Part shown: piece by piece, positions 51,569 to 62,089 of the stretch
Layout of the letters: every line of letters begins with the position of its first letter
How positions within the stretch are numbered: position 1 is the first letter of the stretch
Assembly (NCBI GenBank): GCA_963664115.2
Contig: CAXWPJ010000009.1
Span: forward strand, 960,001-1,024,000
Length of the DNA stretch: 64,000 bases
Source: Terriglobia bacterium
Lineage (GTDB): Bacteria; Acidobacteriota; Terriglobia; 20CM-2-55-15
Direction: 5' to 3'
Program-made: the position numbers and the translations under genes
The notes under the pieces: model-generated
What the model was told of the DNA's origin: nothing
The model's input: the letters and a program-made list of their open reading frames with translations, nothing else
The model's database searches: none

Positions 51569-52342
51569 TCAGTCCGTGCAGGTCGTGGCGACTGCATCCA
51601 GACGCGTCAAGCTCAGGCCGACTCCCCGGTCGTTGCTGAGCAGGTAGCCCTTGGCATGCAGTTTGTGGCCGACGTGGGGTTCAGGTTGGAAGCCGGGCCT
51701 GAGAAAGTCCATGTAGACGAGGCGGTAACCCTGGGTTCCCAGGGACAGGTCTCGGGCCGCCAGCAATTGGGCGTCGGTCAATGCTTCCGGATCGCGTGTC
51801 CGAACCGGTGCGGAAACATGGGTCAACGCCCACTCTCCGTCAGGCCACTCCTCCAAACAGCCGACCACCTGGACCAATGCAAACTCGGGCAGTGGGGTCG
51901 GGCCGTCGGTGCTCACGAACCCGACGCTTGCAACCTGCGGGGCCGTGAGTTCCTCCAGACCTGCCGGAAACCCATTCAGCGACAGTATGTGCGTCAGGAT
52001 ATCCAGATAAGTCTGGTCGTCGAGGCTCCCACGGGCGTTGGGCGGCATCCGTGTCCGTATCAGGTCGAACAGACTACTCAGGCTGTCTTGCCGCCAGGTG
52101 TCGACAAAGCTCTGGCCTATGAGCGCGGTTGCGTTCATACCCTGGAGGTCCTCCGAGTGGCACGAGCTACAATTGAGGGCGTATGAGGACCGGCCGCGTT
52201 CGGCCTGAGCCTCGGTGAACACGCCGTCCAGAGTCGTTCTGGGGCCTCCATCGTCGGCTTGCTGGGCTCCGGCCACAACGGGGGCTGCCCACCACCCCCC
52301 CGTCAGTGTGGTCGCGAGTACGATTGTGCGAATGAGATTCAT
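51569..52342 (-). CDS. Monoheme class I cytochrome c with C-terminal extra domain
   Basis: GVFTEAQAERG..CSSCH..RMPP. Confidence 0.85.
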   Translation of the reverse strand: MNLIRTIVLATTLTGGWWAAPVVAGAQQADDGGPRTTLDGVFTEAQAERGRSSYALNCSSCHSEDLQGMNATALIGQSFVDTWRQDSLSSLFDLIRTRMPPNARGSLDDQTYLDILTHILSLNGFPAGLEELTAPQVASVGFVSTDGPTPLPEFALVQVVGCLEEWPDGEWALTHVSAPVRTRDPEALTDAQLLAARDLSLGTQGYRLVYMDFLRPGFQPEPHVGHKLHAKGYLLSNDRGVGLSLTRLDAVATTCTD

Positions 52343-52551
52343 CGGACGTTTCCGAGAGATCGTGTCAACAGGATAGGGTACAACTTTCCCACAATGCTCG
52401 CCGGGAATTTGTATAGAACGAAATGGAATTTTCCCACGCTACGGCGTGGGTCCCTCCTCCGCACTCTGCTGCGACCGTTCGAATCTGAAAGTAGAAGCGA
52501 GAGCTGCATTGATTCTGCCACGGACTGCTATAATCCCTTCAAATCAATCCC

Positions 52552-53496
52552 TTGATGTTAGGGAGCGTAGCGATGCTTATCAGACCGTGTAAGCGACAGG
52601 AGCGACAGGAGCGACGTAAGCGACCTATCTTCAGCCGGCTCCCGGGGCAGTGGGTTGGGGCGTCTTTAGCTCTTGGTGGTCTCCTTGCCCTGATTCCTCC
52701 GGCGCCCGCTGCCGCGGCCCGACAGACCTCCGTTACACCCGATCTCAACGATCTCCGGGTTCGCTTCCAGACAGAAGCTACAGAAATCAAAATCGGTCGT
52801 CGGGCGTCTCGCCGATTCGAGAGGCGTATAGATCTTGTTGAAGACAGTGCCGTAAACGAATACGTCGACCGGATCGCACAGAATATCGCAATTAACTCGG
52901 ACGTCACTGTTCCCGTCACGATCAAGGTTGTCGATGCCACGGAAGTGAACGCCGTGTCATTTCCAGGGGGCTTTCTCTACATCAGCAGCGGCTTGATTCT
53001 CGCAGTGGACGACGAAGCGGAAATTGCCGGGGTCTTGGCGCATGAGATCGCCCACGTCATTGCGCGTGATGGTATGAGGAACAATCGATACGTGGGTATG
53101 GACTTTGGAGCGGAACCCATAATCTTAGAATCTCCGAACGGCGCCGTAACGAACGTGTTTGAAGACAATACCACCACCTTGATAACCTCACCTCGAACCC
53201 TGCGTGAATTAGACGCAGACGAACGCGCAATCCAGTACATGCAGAAAGCGGGCTACAATCCCGAGTCGCTGCTAGCGTTTCTGGAAAAACTGCAAGCGGA
53301 GGAGACGATCGAGCGGAGGGAAGTTCTGCCGATATTTCAAACGCATCCTGCTCCCGCCGAGCGCATTCGATTGGTCCAGGAGCGAATCGGCGCTGAACCG
53401 GTCGCAGACAATCCGCCCGCCGGTGCAAGGGAAGCGCTTCAGGACATCAAAGCGCGGCTGGTGCAGCGCGAAACGAATCAAGCCCGACCCGAATAG
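52552..53496 (+). CDS. M48-family zinc metalloprotease (start uncertain)
   Basis: VNAVSFPGG; GVLAHEIAH; RELDAD; THP..ERI. Confidence 0.85.
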   Translation: MMLGSVAMLIRPCKRQERQERRKRPIFSRLPGQWVGASLALGGLLALIPPAPAAAARQTSVTPDLNDLRVRFQTEATEIKIGRRASRRFERRIDLVEDSAVNEYVDRIAQNIAINSDVTVPVTIKVVDATEVNAVSFPGGFLYISSGLILAVDDEAEIAGVLAHEIAHVIARDGMRNNRYVGMDFGAEPIILESPNGAVTNVFEDNTTTLITSPRTLRELDADERAIQYMQKAGYNPESLLAFLEKLQAEETIERREVLPIFQTHPAPAERIRLVQERIGAEPVADNPPAGAREALQDIKARLVQRETNQARPE

Positions 53497-53626
53497 TCTC
53501 GATTTACCGCGGAGATCATGAGGGCGCGTTTTCCGGCTTTCCATTTTTCGGTGTGGAAAATTTGTTGTCCGTTCGCGATATCGTCGGACCACTGCCGACC
53601 TTAATTGCCTTCATAGGAGGTCCGTT

Positions 53627-54835
53627 ATGAGGCACTCGTTTTCACCCAAACGCTTCGCGACTGCCGGGTTCTGTGCCGTGTTGACCTTGGCTTTTGCCGG
53701 GGCCTGCACCCCCGCAGACTCCGTTCCCGACGAGGCCGCCACTGGGGGGAACCCACCGGCCGCAACCGCTGACACCGGCCCCCGGGAATTCGAGACGGCT
53801 GAACATTCGATCCGCGTTGTCACGGTCGCCGACGGCCTCTCCTATCCCTATGCGATGGCGTTCCTCCCGGACGGCGGCTTGCTCATTACGGAGATGGGCG
53901 GCCAGGTGCGTATGATTCGTGACGGCGCTCTCCTCGCCGAGCCTGTCGGCGTGATCCCCGACGTGCATCACGATGGGGGATCGAAGGGCCTGATGGACGT
54001 CGCCCTGCACCCTGATTTTGCCGAGAACCAACAGATCTACTTCACCTACAACAAGCCCGGCGAACGGGGCACCACCTTAGCTTTGGCGCGTGGGACGTTT
54101 GACGGAAATGAGTTGACCGACCTGACGGATATCTTCCTTGCCGACGCGTGGGCGATGACCGATGCGCGTCAGAATGCCCGCATAGGCTTCGACAACGCCG
54201 GCATGCTCTACATGACGGCCGCCGGGGGCCGGAGCGAGCGAGACCGGGCGCAGGATCTGAGCGATCATTCCGGAAAAACCCTGCGTCTTCGTGACGATGG
54301 GACCGCCGCGCCGGGGAACCCGTTTGAAGGCATCGAGGGGCAGCGACCCGAAATATTTACATACGGCCATAACAATATTCACGGGATCGCGGGTCATCCC
54401 GACACTGGGGAGCTTTGGGTCGTGGAGCATGGCGACAAGGTCAGCGCTCTCGTGGCCGGGCGCAACTACGGATGGCCGTTCGTTCGTTACGGTCCCAGCA
54501 CCAATCCCGCGCCCAATCCCGCTCCGATGGGCGTTCAGTTGACGGCGCCACAAATTGTATGGGACCCGGACGTCCATATTTCCGGCGTGATGTTCTACAC
54601 CGGCGACCGGTTTCCCGAATGGACGGGCGACCTGTTCGTCGGAGGACTCCGCACACAGCAGGTCAATCACGTAGAGCTGACCGACGCGGGCGTGGGGATA
54701 CGGGAATCCCTGTTCACGGAAATCGGCCAGTGGGTGCGCGATTTGAAACAGGGTCCGGACGGATTGATCTACTTCACGAGCTATGCCGACCCGGATGCGC
54801 CGGGGCGTGTGATGCGGATCGAACCCGTCGAATAG
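53627..54835 (+). CDS. PQQ-dependent glucose/sorbosone dehydrogenase family lipoprotein
   Basis: GLSYPYAMAFLPDG; GLMDVALHPDF; PEIFTYGH; GRNYGWP; RDLKQGPDG. Confidence 0.85.
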   Translation: MRHSFSPKRFATAGFCAVLTLAFAGACTPADSVPDEAATGGNPPAATADTGPREFETAEHSIRVVTVADGLSYPYAMAFLPDGGLLITEMGGQVRMIRDGALLAEPVGVIPDVHHDGGSKGLMDVALHPDFAENQQIYFTYNKPGERGTTLALARGTFDGNELTDLTDIFLADAWAMTDARQNARIGFDNAGMLYMTAAGGRSERDRAQDLSDHSGKTLRLRDDGTAAPGNPFEGIEGQRPEIFTYGHNNIHGIAGHPDTGELWVVEHGDKVSALVAGRNYGWPFVRYGPSTNPAPNPAPMGVQLTAPQIVWDPDVHISGVMFYTGDRFPEWTGDLFVGGLRTQQVNHVELTDAGVGIRESLFTEIGQWVRDLKQGPDGLIYFTSYADPDAPGRVMRIEPVE

Positions 54836-54863
54836 GAGATTCCGAATAGGAGATTCCTCGGAT

Positions 54864-54901
54864 GCGAAGCTTCAGTATCGGAACGTGTACTGAAGCTTCG
54901 C
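54864..54901. terminator. Hairpin between convergent genes
   Basis: Perfect 14-bp IR gcgaagcttcagta/tactgaagcttcgc overlapping the 3' end of the 54872 gene. Confidence 0.5.
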
Positions 54902-57202
54902 CGATACTTTGCTCTCTTGGGCACTGAATCGATAATCCTCCTCCGGATTCTGAATCCACCCCTGGCTGAACACAAAGAATAAGTCGTTGCCGGGCCGCAG
55001 GGTCCATCGGGCACGGCTCTGCCAGCCCAGATTCCGGGACTTGTTGTCGTATTGAATTAGATTCGAGAAAGACAGAAAGGGCGTGGGTGCATAGTTCGCA
55101 CGCCAGGTCAGGATTCGGGCCACGAAATTGCCTTCGGGCAAGCGGGCGAACGTCTGGTTGGCACTGAAACTTATCGTGAACCAGGGCGGGATCTTGTAAG
55201 AGAGCGAGACGTTGACTTCGTCCGCGCTCCCCGACCAATAGTTACCTATTCCCCAAAGAAAGCTTGCCTGCAACCTGCGCTTCGAAGCACTTGACACGTT
55301 AAAAATACTCAAGCGTGTAAAGCGGTATTCACCCGGAGGAAGAGTGACGCCGGGGAAAATCTCAAACGGGGCGAACAAGCGCTCGTACTTAATGGATGGC
55401 CAGAAGAGCCTGTGAAGACTGTCACCGGACCTGAAGTGCCAGTCGATCGGCCCCGGGAAGTGAAGGTTCCAGCTCTCGACTTCTCCGTTGTCGAGACGTG
55501 TGAACCGGTTGTAGAACGCGCCCATGAACATCTGCTGCAGGCCCAGGAATTCCTTCGGGCGGGGATTATAGCGGCCTCCTATCCTGAGGAGCCTCAGGTT
55601 CCTACGCCCGACCCTGCCAAGGCTGGGTCTGAAATTCTCCTGAACGTCGCGCCAGGTAAATTCCATCTCGATGAGGTCGTTTGGATAATCCACCGAGACA
55701 CCATAGGACAAGTCCCGGTCGGAAACACCTTCATTCCTGCTCTTGAGACCGAAGGCGTTGAAGATCAGATTCTTCGAATTGCCCAGGAACTGGGAGGTTG
55801 CCAGACGCAGGTCTGCCCCGAAGGTCTGGCTCGACACCGGGAGCGCCGGGTTACCGTTCGTGAAAATCCCTCCGATATAGCTTTGCTCCAACAAATTCAC
55901 TTTCATCCGTCCTACAAAAAAATTCTTCGAGGGAAGGCCCGGCAAGTCGCGTGTGCGGACGTCCAGCACGCCGATGTCGGTTCGACCGACTTTACCGGTG
56001 AACTTTGTTCCAAAATCGATGGGCACCTCTGTTCCGGAAAGCAATCCGATCCGGCGGCTGAAAAACGGGTTGACTTCAAACCGGGTCGGGGCCAGGAAAC
56101 CCGGTTCCCTCACCGAGGTATCGGAAAAGGCAAAGACTCCGGCATCCTCCAGGAAGAACGTTCTCTTTTCAGGGAAGAACAATGAGAAGCGCGAAAGATT
56201 GATCTGGCGCGTGTCCACTTCCGTTTCCCCGAAATCGGTGTTCGCGGTCGCGGATATCTTCAGGTTGGGGGTGATGTTGTAGAACAGGTCGAGCCCCGGC
56301 CTGCCGGTGATCGTATCGTTCCCATTGGCGTTGGTATGCAGCCAACGGCCGCTGGTGAAAGGCCGGATATCCAGTCCGATGCCCTGTGTGATGCCGTCGA
56401 GGTTGGTGATTTCACCGGCTTCCGATACCTGAAGAAACGGGGTTTCCAAACGCGCTCCGGACCAGCGATCGTCCTCCAGCTTTCGCTGGATGCGCCGAGC
56501 GATGTTGAAGCCCCAGTCCGTCCCCCCGGAAGCAAAAGCCAGACTCTTGAACGGAATTGCGAATTCGGCGGACCAACCCTGATCCGTGCGCTGGATCCGC
56601 ACGTCCCAGATAGCATCCCAGTCCATGTTCGACTGACCGTTTGCGAACAGGAGGCCGTCTACGAGAGCGCCAGCCGGATTCGTAGCAAAATAAAAGGCGT
56701 TGCGCTGGTCCCGATATGTGTCGAGCAGGATCTCAATCCGGTCGTCGGAATTCAGGTTGGCATCGCGCGCCATCTGTGTCCCGATGATCGCATCCGGGGC
56801 GGAGTCGTAGCACATGACGCCGATGTAGAGATAGTTCTGATCGCGGAGCAAGGTGACCTCCGTCCTCTCCGTCGGCCTCTCTCCGTTGTTCGGTTCCCTC
56901 TGTGTCAACTCGCCAATCTTGGGTGCGTTCTGCCATGCCAGTTCGTCGAGCGAGCCGTCAACTGTAATTTCCGACGTGATCTCAGTGACAATTGCAGATC
57001 GCGGCTGCTCTGACAGACCCAACTCCTGAAGCAGCGCACCCGCCATCGCCGGTACTGTGATGAAGATCCATATGAGGACGAGTGGCAGGATCCACCCGAA
57101 TCGGGGCCAGCGTCTATGGATCTTGCCTGCAAGATCGTGGCGCGAGGTGGAAGTCGATCTAAGCGTATTCACGACATCGACGGGTCCAAGGGGTGTCTGC
57201 AT
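54872..57202 (-). CDS. CBM9-like + DUF5916 outer-membrane protein (start uncertain)
   Basis: Same motifs as 46891-49137 (NTDFGETEVD, FPEKRTFFLE, FFSRRIG). Confidence 0.85.
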   Translation of the reverse strand: MQTPLGPVDVVNTLRSTSTSRHDLAGKIHRRWPRFGWILPLVLIWIFITVPAMAGALLQELGLSEQPRSAIVTEITSEITVDGSLDELAWQNAPKIGELTQREPNNGERPTERTEVTLLRDQNYLYIGVMCYDSAPDAIIGTQMARDANLNSDDRIEILLDTYRDQRNAFYFATNPAGALVDGLLFANGQSNMDWDAIWDVRIQRTDQGWSAEFAIPFKSLAFASGGTDWGFNIARRIQRKLEDDRWSGARLETPFLQVSEAGEITNLDGITQGIGLDIRPFTSGRWLHTNANGNDTITGRPGLDLFYNITPNLKISATANTDFGETEVDTRQINLSRFSLFFPEKRTFFLEDAGVFAFSDTSVREPGFLAPTRFEVNPFFSRRIGLLSGTEVPIDFGTKFTGKVGRTDIGVLDVRTRDLPGLPSKNFFVGRMKVNLLEQSYIGGIFTNGNPALPVSSQTFGADLRLATSQFLGNSKNLIFNAFGLKSRNEGVSDRDLSYGVSVDYPNDLIEMEFTWRDVQENFRPSLGRVGRRNLRLLRIGGRYNPRPKEFLGLQQMFMGAFYNRFTRLDNGEVESWNLHFPGPIDWHFRSGDSLHRLFWPSIKYERLFAPFEIFPGVTLPPGEYRFTRLSIFNVSSASKRRLQASFLWGIGNYWSGSADEVNVSLSYKIPPWFTISFSANQTFARLPEGNFVARILTWRANYAPTPFLSFSNLIQYDNKSRNLGWQSRARWTLRPGNDLFFVFSQGWIQNPEEDYRFSAQESKVSAKLQYTFRY

Positions 57203-57218
57203 AGAAATCCTCAGACCA

Positions 57219-58403
57219 CTACGTCAACTCGACCGACAGCGCATCGTAGTTGTAGAGCCACTGATTCCTTTCGGCGCCCAGCGTGCGCTCGGCGAACGCC
57301 TTCCGCAGATCTTCCTCCGTTGCAAGATGGAACAGCCGTGCATTGTCGGTGGATTCTTCGATGACGCGGCTCGTTCGGGGAATCCGATTTCTCTGGTACA
57401 GATCGAGCGCTTCTTCAATCGAACTGCAGCGATCCAGGCATCGGGTGAGAACGACGCCGTCCTCCACCGCCATTACGGCACCCTGGGCCAGAAACGGCAA
57501 CGTCGCGTGTGCGGCATCGCCCAGCAAAGTCACGTGGCCTTGGCTCCAGTGATCCACTTTCGAGCGGATAAACAAACCCCAGCGATAACACTGATCTCTA
57601 TCCGCATTTTCAATAATCTCGCGCACTTCGGGATGCCAGGCTGAGAAGTCGTCCCTCATCTGGGACCAATCGCATTTGACGGTCCAGCTTTCCTCGCTCC
57701 AATCAGAGCTTTCAACCGAGCCAACGAAACAGATCCGGTCAGCGCGAGCGTTATAGACGACGGCATGGGCCCCGGGGCCCACCCAAACAGTCATCACAAA
57801 ATCCGTGGCGTCTCTGGAGAGGCGTTCTGTGGGTACGAGAATGCGCCAGGCCGCATTGCCTGTGTAGTGTGCTTCGGCCTTTCCCAGAATCTGCTCGCGG
57901 ACCACAGACTTGATTCCGTCGGCGCCAATGAGCAGGTCGCCTTCTTCGCTCCTGCCGTCCGTCAACCGTACGGTAATCGTGGAACCTTTCTCTTCGAACC
58001 CTTCAACAGTGCTGCTGAGACGAACCGCGTCTGGATCGAGGTCGCGTACGGCTCCAACGAGCAACTCATGAATATCGGCGCGATGAAACAGGTAGTAGGG
58101 CGCCCCGTGAAGTCGACGGTGCTCCTCGCCCAGAGGAAACGTCTGAATGATCTCACCGGATTGAAACAGTCGAAACACATAGGCCCTGGGTTTGACGCCG
58201 ACTTTCTCCAATCCATCCGCGAGACCCAGGTGGCAGAACATTTTGATCGCGTTCGCGCTCATGTGGATCCCAGCCCCGATCTCACCCAATGCAGGCGCCT
58301 GTTCAAAGACGCGTACCGGGTAACCGGATTTCAGCAGAAACGCGGCGGCCGTAAGACCTCCGATGCCGGCTCCAGCGATCAGCACTTTGGGTTTTACTGA
58401 CAC
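57219..58403 (-). CDS. FAD-dependent monooxygenase (salicylate hydroxylase-like)
   Basis: GAGIGG; IGADGIKS; LLGDAAHATLPFLAQGA. Confidence 0.9.
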   Translation of the reverse strand: MSVKPKVLIAGAGIGGLTAAAFLLKSGYPVRVFEQAPALGEIGAGIHMSANAIKMFCHLGLADGLEKVGVKPRAYVFRLFQSGEIIQTFPLGEEHRRLHGAPYYLFHRADIHELLVGAVRDLDPDAVRLSSTVEGFEEKGSTITVRLTDGRSEEGDLLIGADGIKSVVREQILGKAEAHYTGNAAWRILVPTERLSRDATDFVMTVWVGPGAHAVVYNARADRICFVGSVESSDWSEESWTVKCDWSQMRDDFSAWHPEVREIIENADRDQCYRWGLFIRSKVDHWSQGHVTLLGDAAHATLPFLAQGAVMAVEDGVVLTRCLDRCSSIEEALDLYQRNRIPRTSRVIEESTDNARLFHLATEEDLRKAFAERTLGAERNQWLYNYDALSVELT

Positions 58404-58449
58404 AATTCAGTTTCCACTTAGATCAAACTATGGTTGCAAAATTCTCGAG

Positions 58450-60735
58450 TCAAAATCGGTGCGTGTAGATGATCTTCGAGGCTGCTTTGCGGTCGATTGT
58501 CTCGATGCGGGCGGCTTGAGCGATGTCGCCCGGGTTGTCCCGCCAGTTCTGCGTGTAGACGAAGTATATGTCGTTCCCGGGTTTCATGATCCAGCGGAAA
58601 CGCGCCTGCCAGCCGATGATACGGCTCAGAGTGTCGTATTGCAGATTGCTCGCCAGCGATATCCACGGGCTGAACTGTTTGTTGACTTGAGATTGCAGCA
58701 GGCTTGTCGAGAAGCTGCCTTCCCCCAGCTCGACGCGGTTGAACTGTCCGCTGAGGTTGATCACGAGACCGACCTGCGGGCGGATCTCCAGGCGCGGCTC
58801 AAACGCCCGTCGAGTCCCGCTGAAGTAATCGCCCCAGGAATAATCGCCGCCGATCGCGAAGACGCGCTGGTTGCTTGTGCTCCAGGAAACTTCGAAGCGC
58901 GTGAAACGGTATTCCGAGCCCTGGGGCAGGACAATGTCACCCTGGGGCTGGCGGAAGTCGCGCTCGAGGCGTTCATATTCCCGGGAGATCTCAAACTGAA
59001 CGCCGTCCCCGGCATGGGTGCCGACTGAGAGGGGCGAAAAGCGGATGCGGCGCGACAGCAGCGTGTTCGACGAACTGGTGATCCGGTTCACGTTGACGCC
59101 GAAGGAGTACTGCCGGATCACGGGGTGGTTGTCCGGACGGGGCGCTATCGTCAGACCGGTGACCACTTCCTTGATACCGCTCCGGTCATTGAAGCCTACG
59201 GCGGGATCGAAATTCGCCTCCCTTAGGTTCCCGCGGAGACTTGCGTTGATCAGGTCATTCGGGTAGGTAATCCCGAAGGAGCCGCGCGAACTCTTGCCGG
59301 TGCCCGCAGGGTTCGACGTATAGACCATGTCCCCCCGAAACCGCAGGTTTTTGTCTCCCAGAAAAGTCCGGGTGGTGAGATTGTAGTCGAAGGCGATCGT
59401 GTGGCGGGGGTCCGGGACCCCTGAACCCCCGAGTGCGCCGATGGTGTCACTTGCTCTCGCCGCACGACGGGTGTAGAGCATCCCGATCATGGACTCGCTC
59501 CAGAAGCGCTGGGTCCCCCGGAGGATCGTGAAGTCCTCACCGAGCCGGCCGCCCTCTTCTGCGGTCCGCACCTGCATCGCTCCGATATCGTGCGCCCCGA
59601 TCTGTCCGGTCAGTTTTGCCCCGTATTCGATACGCTGCGGTACGCCTTCGTTCAAGCCGATGCGACGGCTGAAAAACGCCTGGAACGGAGTGGCGAGATC
59701 GAAGTAGTTGCTGCCTTCGAGAAAGAATTCGCGCTTTTCCGGGAATCGGATAGGGAATCGCGTGAGGTTGACCTGGCGATCATCGACCTCGGTTTCGGCA
59801 AAGTCCGTGTTGAGCGTGACGCTGGCCCTCAGGTTGGGTGTCACCGCGTAGACGATATCGAGTCCCGTGTCGCCGGTGTAGAGGGTCTGGTTGTTGGGAT
59901 CGGGTCTGCGGGAATCGTAGAGGCCCGAACCCACGACATACGGTTTGACGTCAATGCCAATTCCCTGGTCCACCTCAGACACGTTTGTGAGCAAACCCGC
60001 ATTCGACATGGTTCTCAGGTCCTGGTTCCGGGCGAATCCGTTCCATATGCTTTCTTCGTTCTTCCGGCGGACGGTCCGCTGGAAGTTGATGCCCCAGGCC
60101 GTGCCGTCCGGATTGAAGTTGAGTGTCCGAAAGGGGATCTCGATCTCGGCGATCCACCCGATCTCGGTCCGGCGTATGCGCGCTGTCCAGATCCCGTCCC
60201 AGGCCCGCTGCTGCTCGCCTGCCGGAAAAACCAGGCTGTCGCCCATGGATCCGGAAGGATTGATCTCGAAGAAATAGCCGGACCTTTCGTCCAGATAGGT
60301 GTCGAAGACCCACATGAATCGATCTCCTGAAGAGAGCGCGGCGTCTCGCAACATCGTGTTGCCCATCATGCCTTCGGGGTCGCGGTCGTAACAGATGACA
60401 CCCATGTAGAGGGTGTCCTCGGAGTAGACAATCCGGACCTCCGTGCGTTCGGTGGCCGGCGCGCCGTTGTCCGGATCGACTTGAATGAAATCGGACGCGG
60501 GCTCCGGGCGTTCCCAGAGGGTCTCGTCGAGCACCCCATCCAGATCGATAGCTTCACCCGGCCCGAGCCTGTAGGCCGACACGATTCGGCGGTCGGCGAA
60601 GTCCTCCAGAATGCGCTGCGAGGCGTCGAGAGGTGCTGTCAGCAGGATCGAAACACACAAGAACGGCAATAAGAACAGGTGCGGTAAACGTTTCGGTGCC
60701 GCTCCGTTTCTCAAACGAAGGTCTCCTCGATCCAT
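58450..60735 (-). CDS. CBM9-like + DUF5916 outer-membrane protein
   Basis: NTDFAETEVD; FPEKREFFLE; FFSRRIG; C-terminal IYTHRF. Confidence 0.85.
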   Translation of the reverse strand: MDRGDLRLRNGAAPKRLPHLFLLPFLCVSILLTAPLDASQRILEDFADRRIVSAYRLGPGEAIDLDGVLDETLWERPEPASDFIQVDPDNGAPATERTEVRIVYSEDTLYMGVICYDRDPEGMMGNTMLRDAALSSGDRFMWVFDTYLDERSGYFFEINPSGSMGDSLVFPAGEQQRAWDGIWTARIRRTEIGWIAEIEIPFRTLNFNPDGTAWGINFQRTVRRKNEESIWNGFARNQDLRTMSNAGLLTNVSEVDQGIGIDVKPYVVGSGLYDSRRPDPNNQTLYTGDTGLDIVYAVTPNLRASVTLNTDFAETEVDDRQVNLTRFPIRFPEKREFFLEGSNYFDLATPFQAFFSRRIGLNEGVPQRIEYGAKLTGQIGAHDIGAMQVRTAEEGGRLGEDFTILRGTQRFWSESMIGMLYTRRAARASDTIGALGGSGVPDPRHTIAFDYNLTTRTFLGDKNLRFRGDMVYTSNPAGTGKSSRGSFGITYPNDLINASLRGNLREANFDPAVGFNDRSGIKEVVTGLTIAPRPDNHPVIRQYSFGVNVNRITSSSNTLLSRRIRFSPLSVGTHAGDGVQFEISREYERLERDFRQPQGDIVLPQGSEYRFTRFEVSWSTSNQRVFAIGGDYSWGDYFSGTRRAFEPRLEIRPQVGLVINLSGQFNRVELGEGSFSTSLLQSQVNKQFSPWISLASNLQYDTLSRIIGWQARFRWIMKPGNDIYFVYTQNWRDNPGDIAQAARIETIDRKAASKIIYTHRF

Positions 60736-60865
60736 AGCGGCAGCGACGTTCGTTTATACGTGCCGGTTCTAGTGCACAACGCCATTGTTCTAATGCGTGA
60801 GGAATAGTTGGGCGGAAGGAAAAAGTGGCCCGGTATATTCACAGGCCACCCACATCATGCGTGTT

Positions 60866-61960
60866 CTACCGAAGACCGCTTTCAACGGAGTGCCTGAGGT
60901 TCAGATTTTCCCGGCGAGCCTGGGTCAACCATTCTAGGGTCGCATCCGAACATTCGCTCATTACGGTCTGATAATTCTCGACGGCATCGACGTTTACGAA
61001 GGGATGGGGATCGCCCGGATTGCGAAACCTCAGAGCAGTGAGTTTTTCGAGAGTTTTGTCGTAGTTCGTATGACTCGAAAGATGAACGTCTGCCCGGGCT
61101 TCTCTCGCGATGTCCCGGAAACGCCTCGCCGACGCGGCGTAAATGGGTAGTAACTCGAAGGGGTCCGGGTAGTGCCCGAATCCGAAGGCGGTTCCTCCAA
61201 ACAAGGCGCCGACGTGGAGACGGTTTCCATCCTTGAGCGGCCACAGGGTCGAAATCGTTCCAGGTGTGTGACCCGGCGTCACGTAGAGCGTCACCGTGGT
61301 GTCGCCAAGTGTCAGTTCCATACCATCGGTGGCCACCATGTCTTTTCTGGGCTTGAGGTCCTCCGACATCCCTGCGCTCTCCACCAGGTCCCAGTCCCGG
61401 TTGGCCATGATAATCCGGGAGCCGTAATTGTCCTGAAGCTGCCGGGCTCCGAGAAAATGGTCGGAGTGGCCGTGGCCGATGATGACGTACTTGATATCCG
61501 CAGGATCGAGACCGAACTCGCGCAGCCCGTCAACGATCTGCGCTTCAACCATGTACTCGTGGGCCGTGTCGTGCAGAATAATCCCATCGGAGGTCGTCAT
61601 CGCCCACATCGAGTCGTGATTGCTCCCGATGTAGTACAGGTTGTCGAACACCTGCGCAGGCTCCTGGTACCATGCGTCGCGCGGGGGAATTCGGGGCCCG
61701 GGGTCGAACTGTGGGCCCGGAGGATCCGGGTCCATGACCAACTCGCCGTCGGTGATCATCGTACGGCGGGGGGGACGCTCGCTACAGAGCTGATCGAAAA
61801 GCCCGCTAAAATCGTGTCCTGGCTGGTAGGTAGCTGCTCTGGCTATTGCGGCTTCCGCATCGCCAGCAGTTTCGATGTCCTGGGCAATCGCATTGCTTAC
61901 GCCCCCGGCCAGAAGCAAGAAGCCACAGAGAGCCACTGCCAGACGGCGTTTCCCAGTCAT
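60866..61960 (-). CDS. Secreted MBL-fold metallo-hydrolase (subclass B3-like)
   Basis: VFDNLYYIG; HGHSDH; TPGHTPG; LSSH. Confidence 0.85.
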   Translation of the reverse strand: MTGKRRLAVALCGFLLLAGGVSNAIAQDIETAGDAEAAIARAATYQPGHDFSGLFDQLCSERPPRRTMITDGELVMDPDPPGPQFDPGPRIPPRDAWYQEPAQVFDNLYYIGSNHDSMWAMTTSDGIILHDTAHEYMVEAQIVDGLREFGLDPADIKYVIIGHGHSDHFLGARQLQDNYGSRIIMANRDWDLVESAGMSEDLKPRKDMVATDGMELTLGDTTVTLYVTPGHTPGTISTLWPLKDGNRLHVGALFGGTAFGFGHYPDPFELLPIYAASARRFRDIAREARADVHLSSHTNYDKTLEKLTALRFRNPGDPHPFVNVDAVENYQTVMSECSDATLEWLTQARRENLNLRHSVESGLR

Positions 61961-62089
61961 ACTCAGTCCTCCTCGGTAGGATATCTGGATTCGATTTGCG
62001 TCGAAGTTGACGCGATCCTATCACACGCTCTCCTAGAGCGCCCCGTGAGCACGGATCGACTTCCCGACAGGCTGGGCCTGCCTGTATTT

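Noticed and set aside
52588-52626. 9-bp tandem repeat (aggagcgac/gtaagcgac)
   Set aside because: Short, frame-preserving, and in an uncertain N-terminal region; no functional inference possible.
60866-61960. Antibiotic-resistance metallo-beta-lactamase
   Set aside because: The HxHxDH fold is clear, but substrate cannot be inferred; many B3-like hydrolases are not resistance enzymes.
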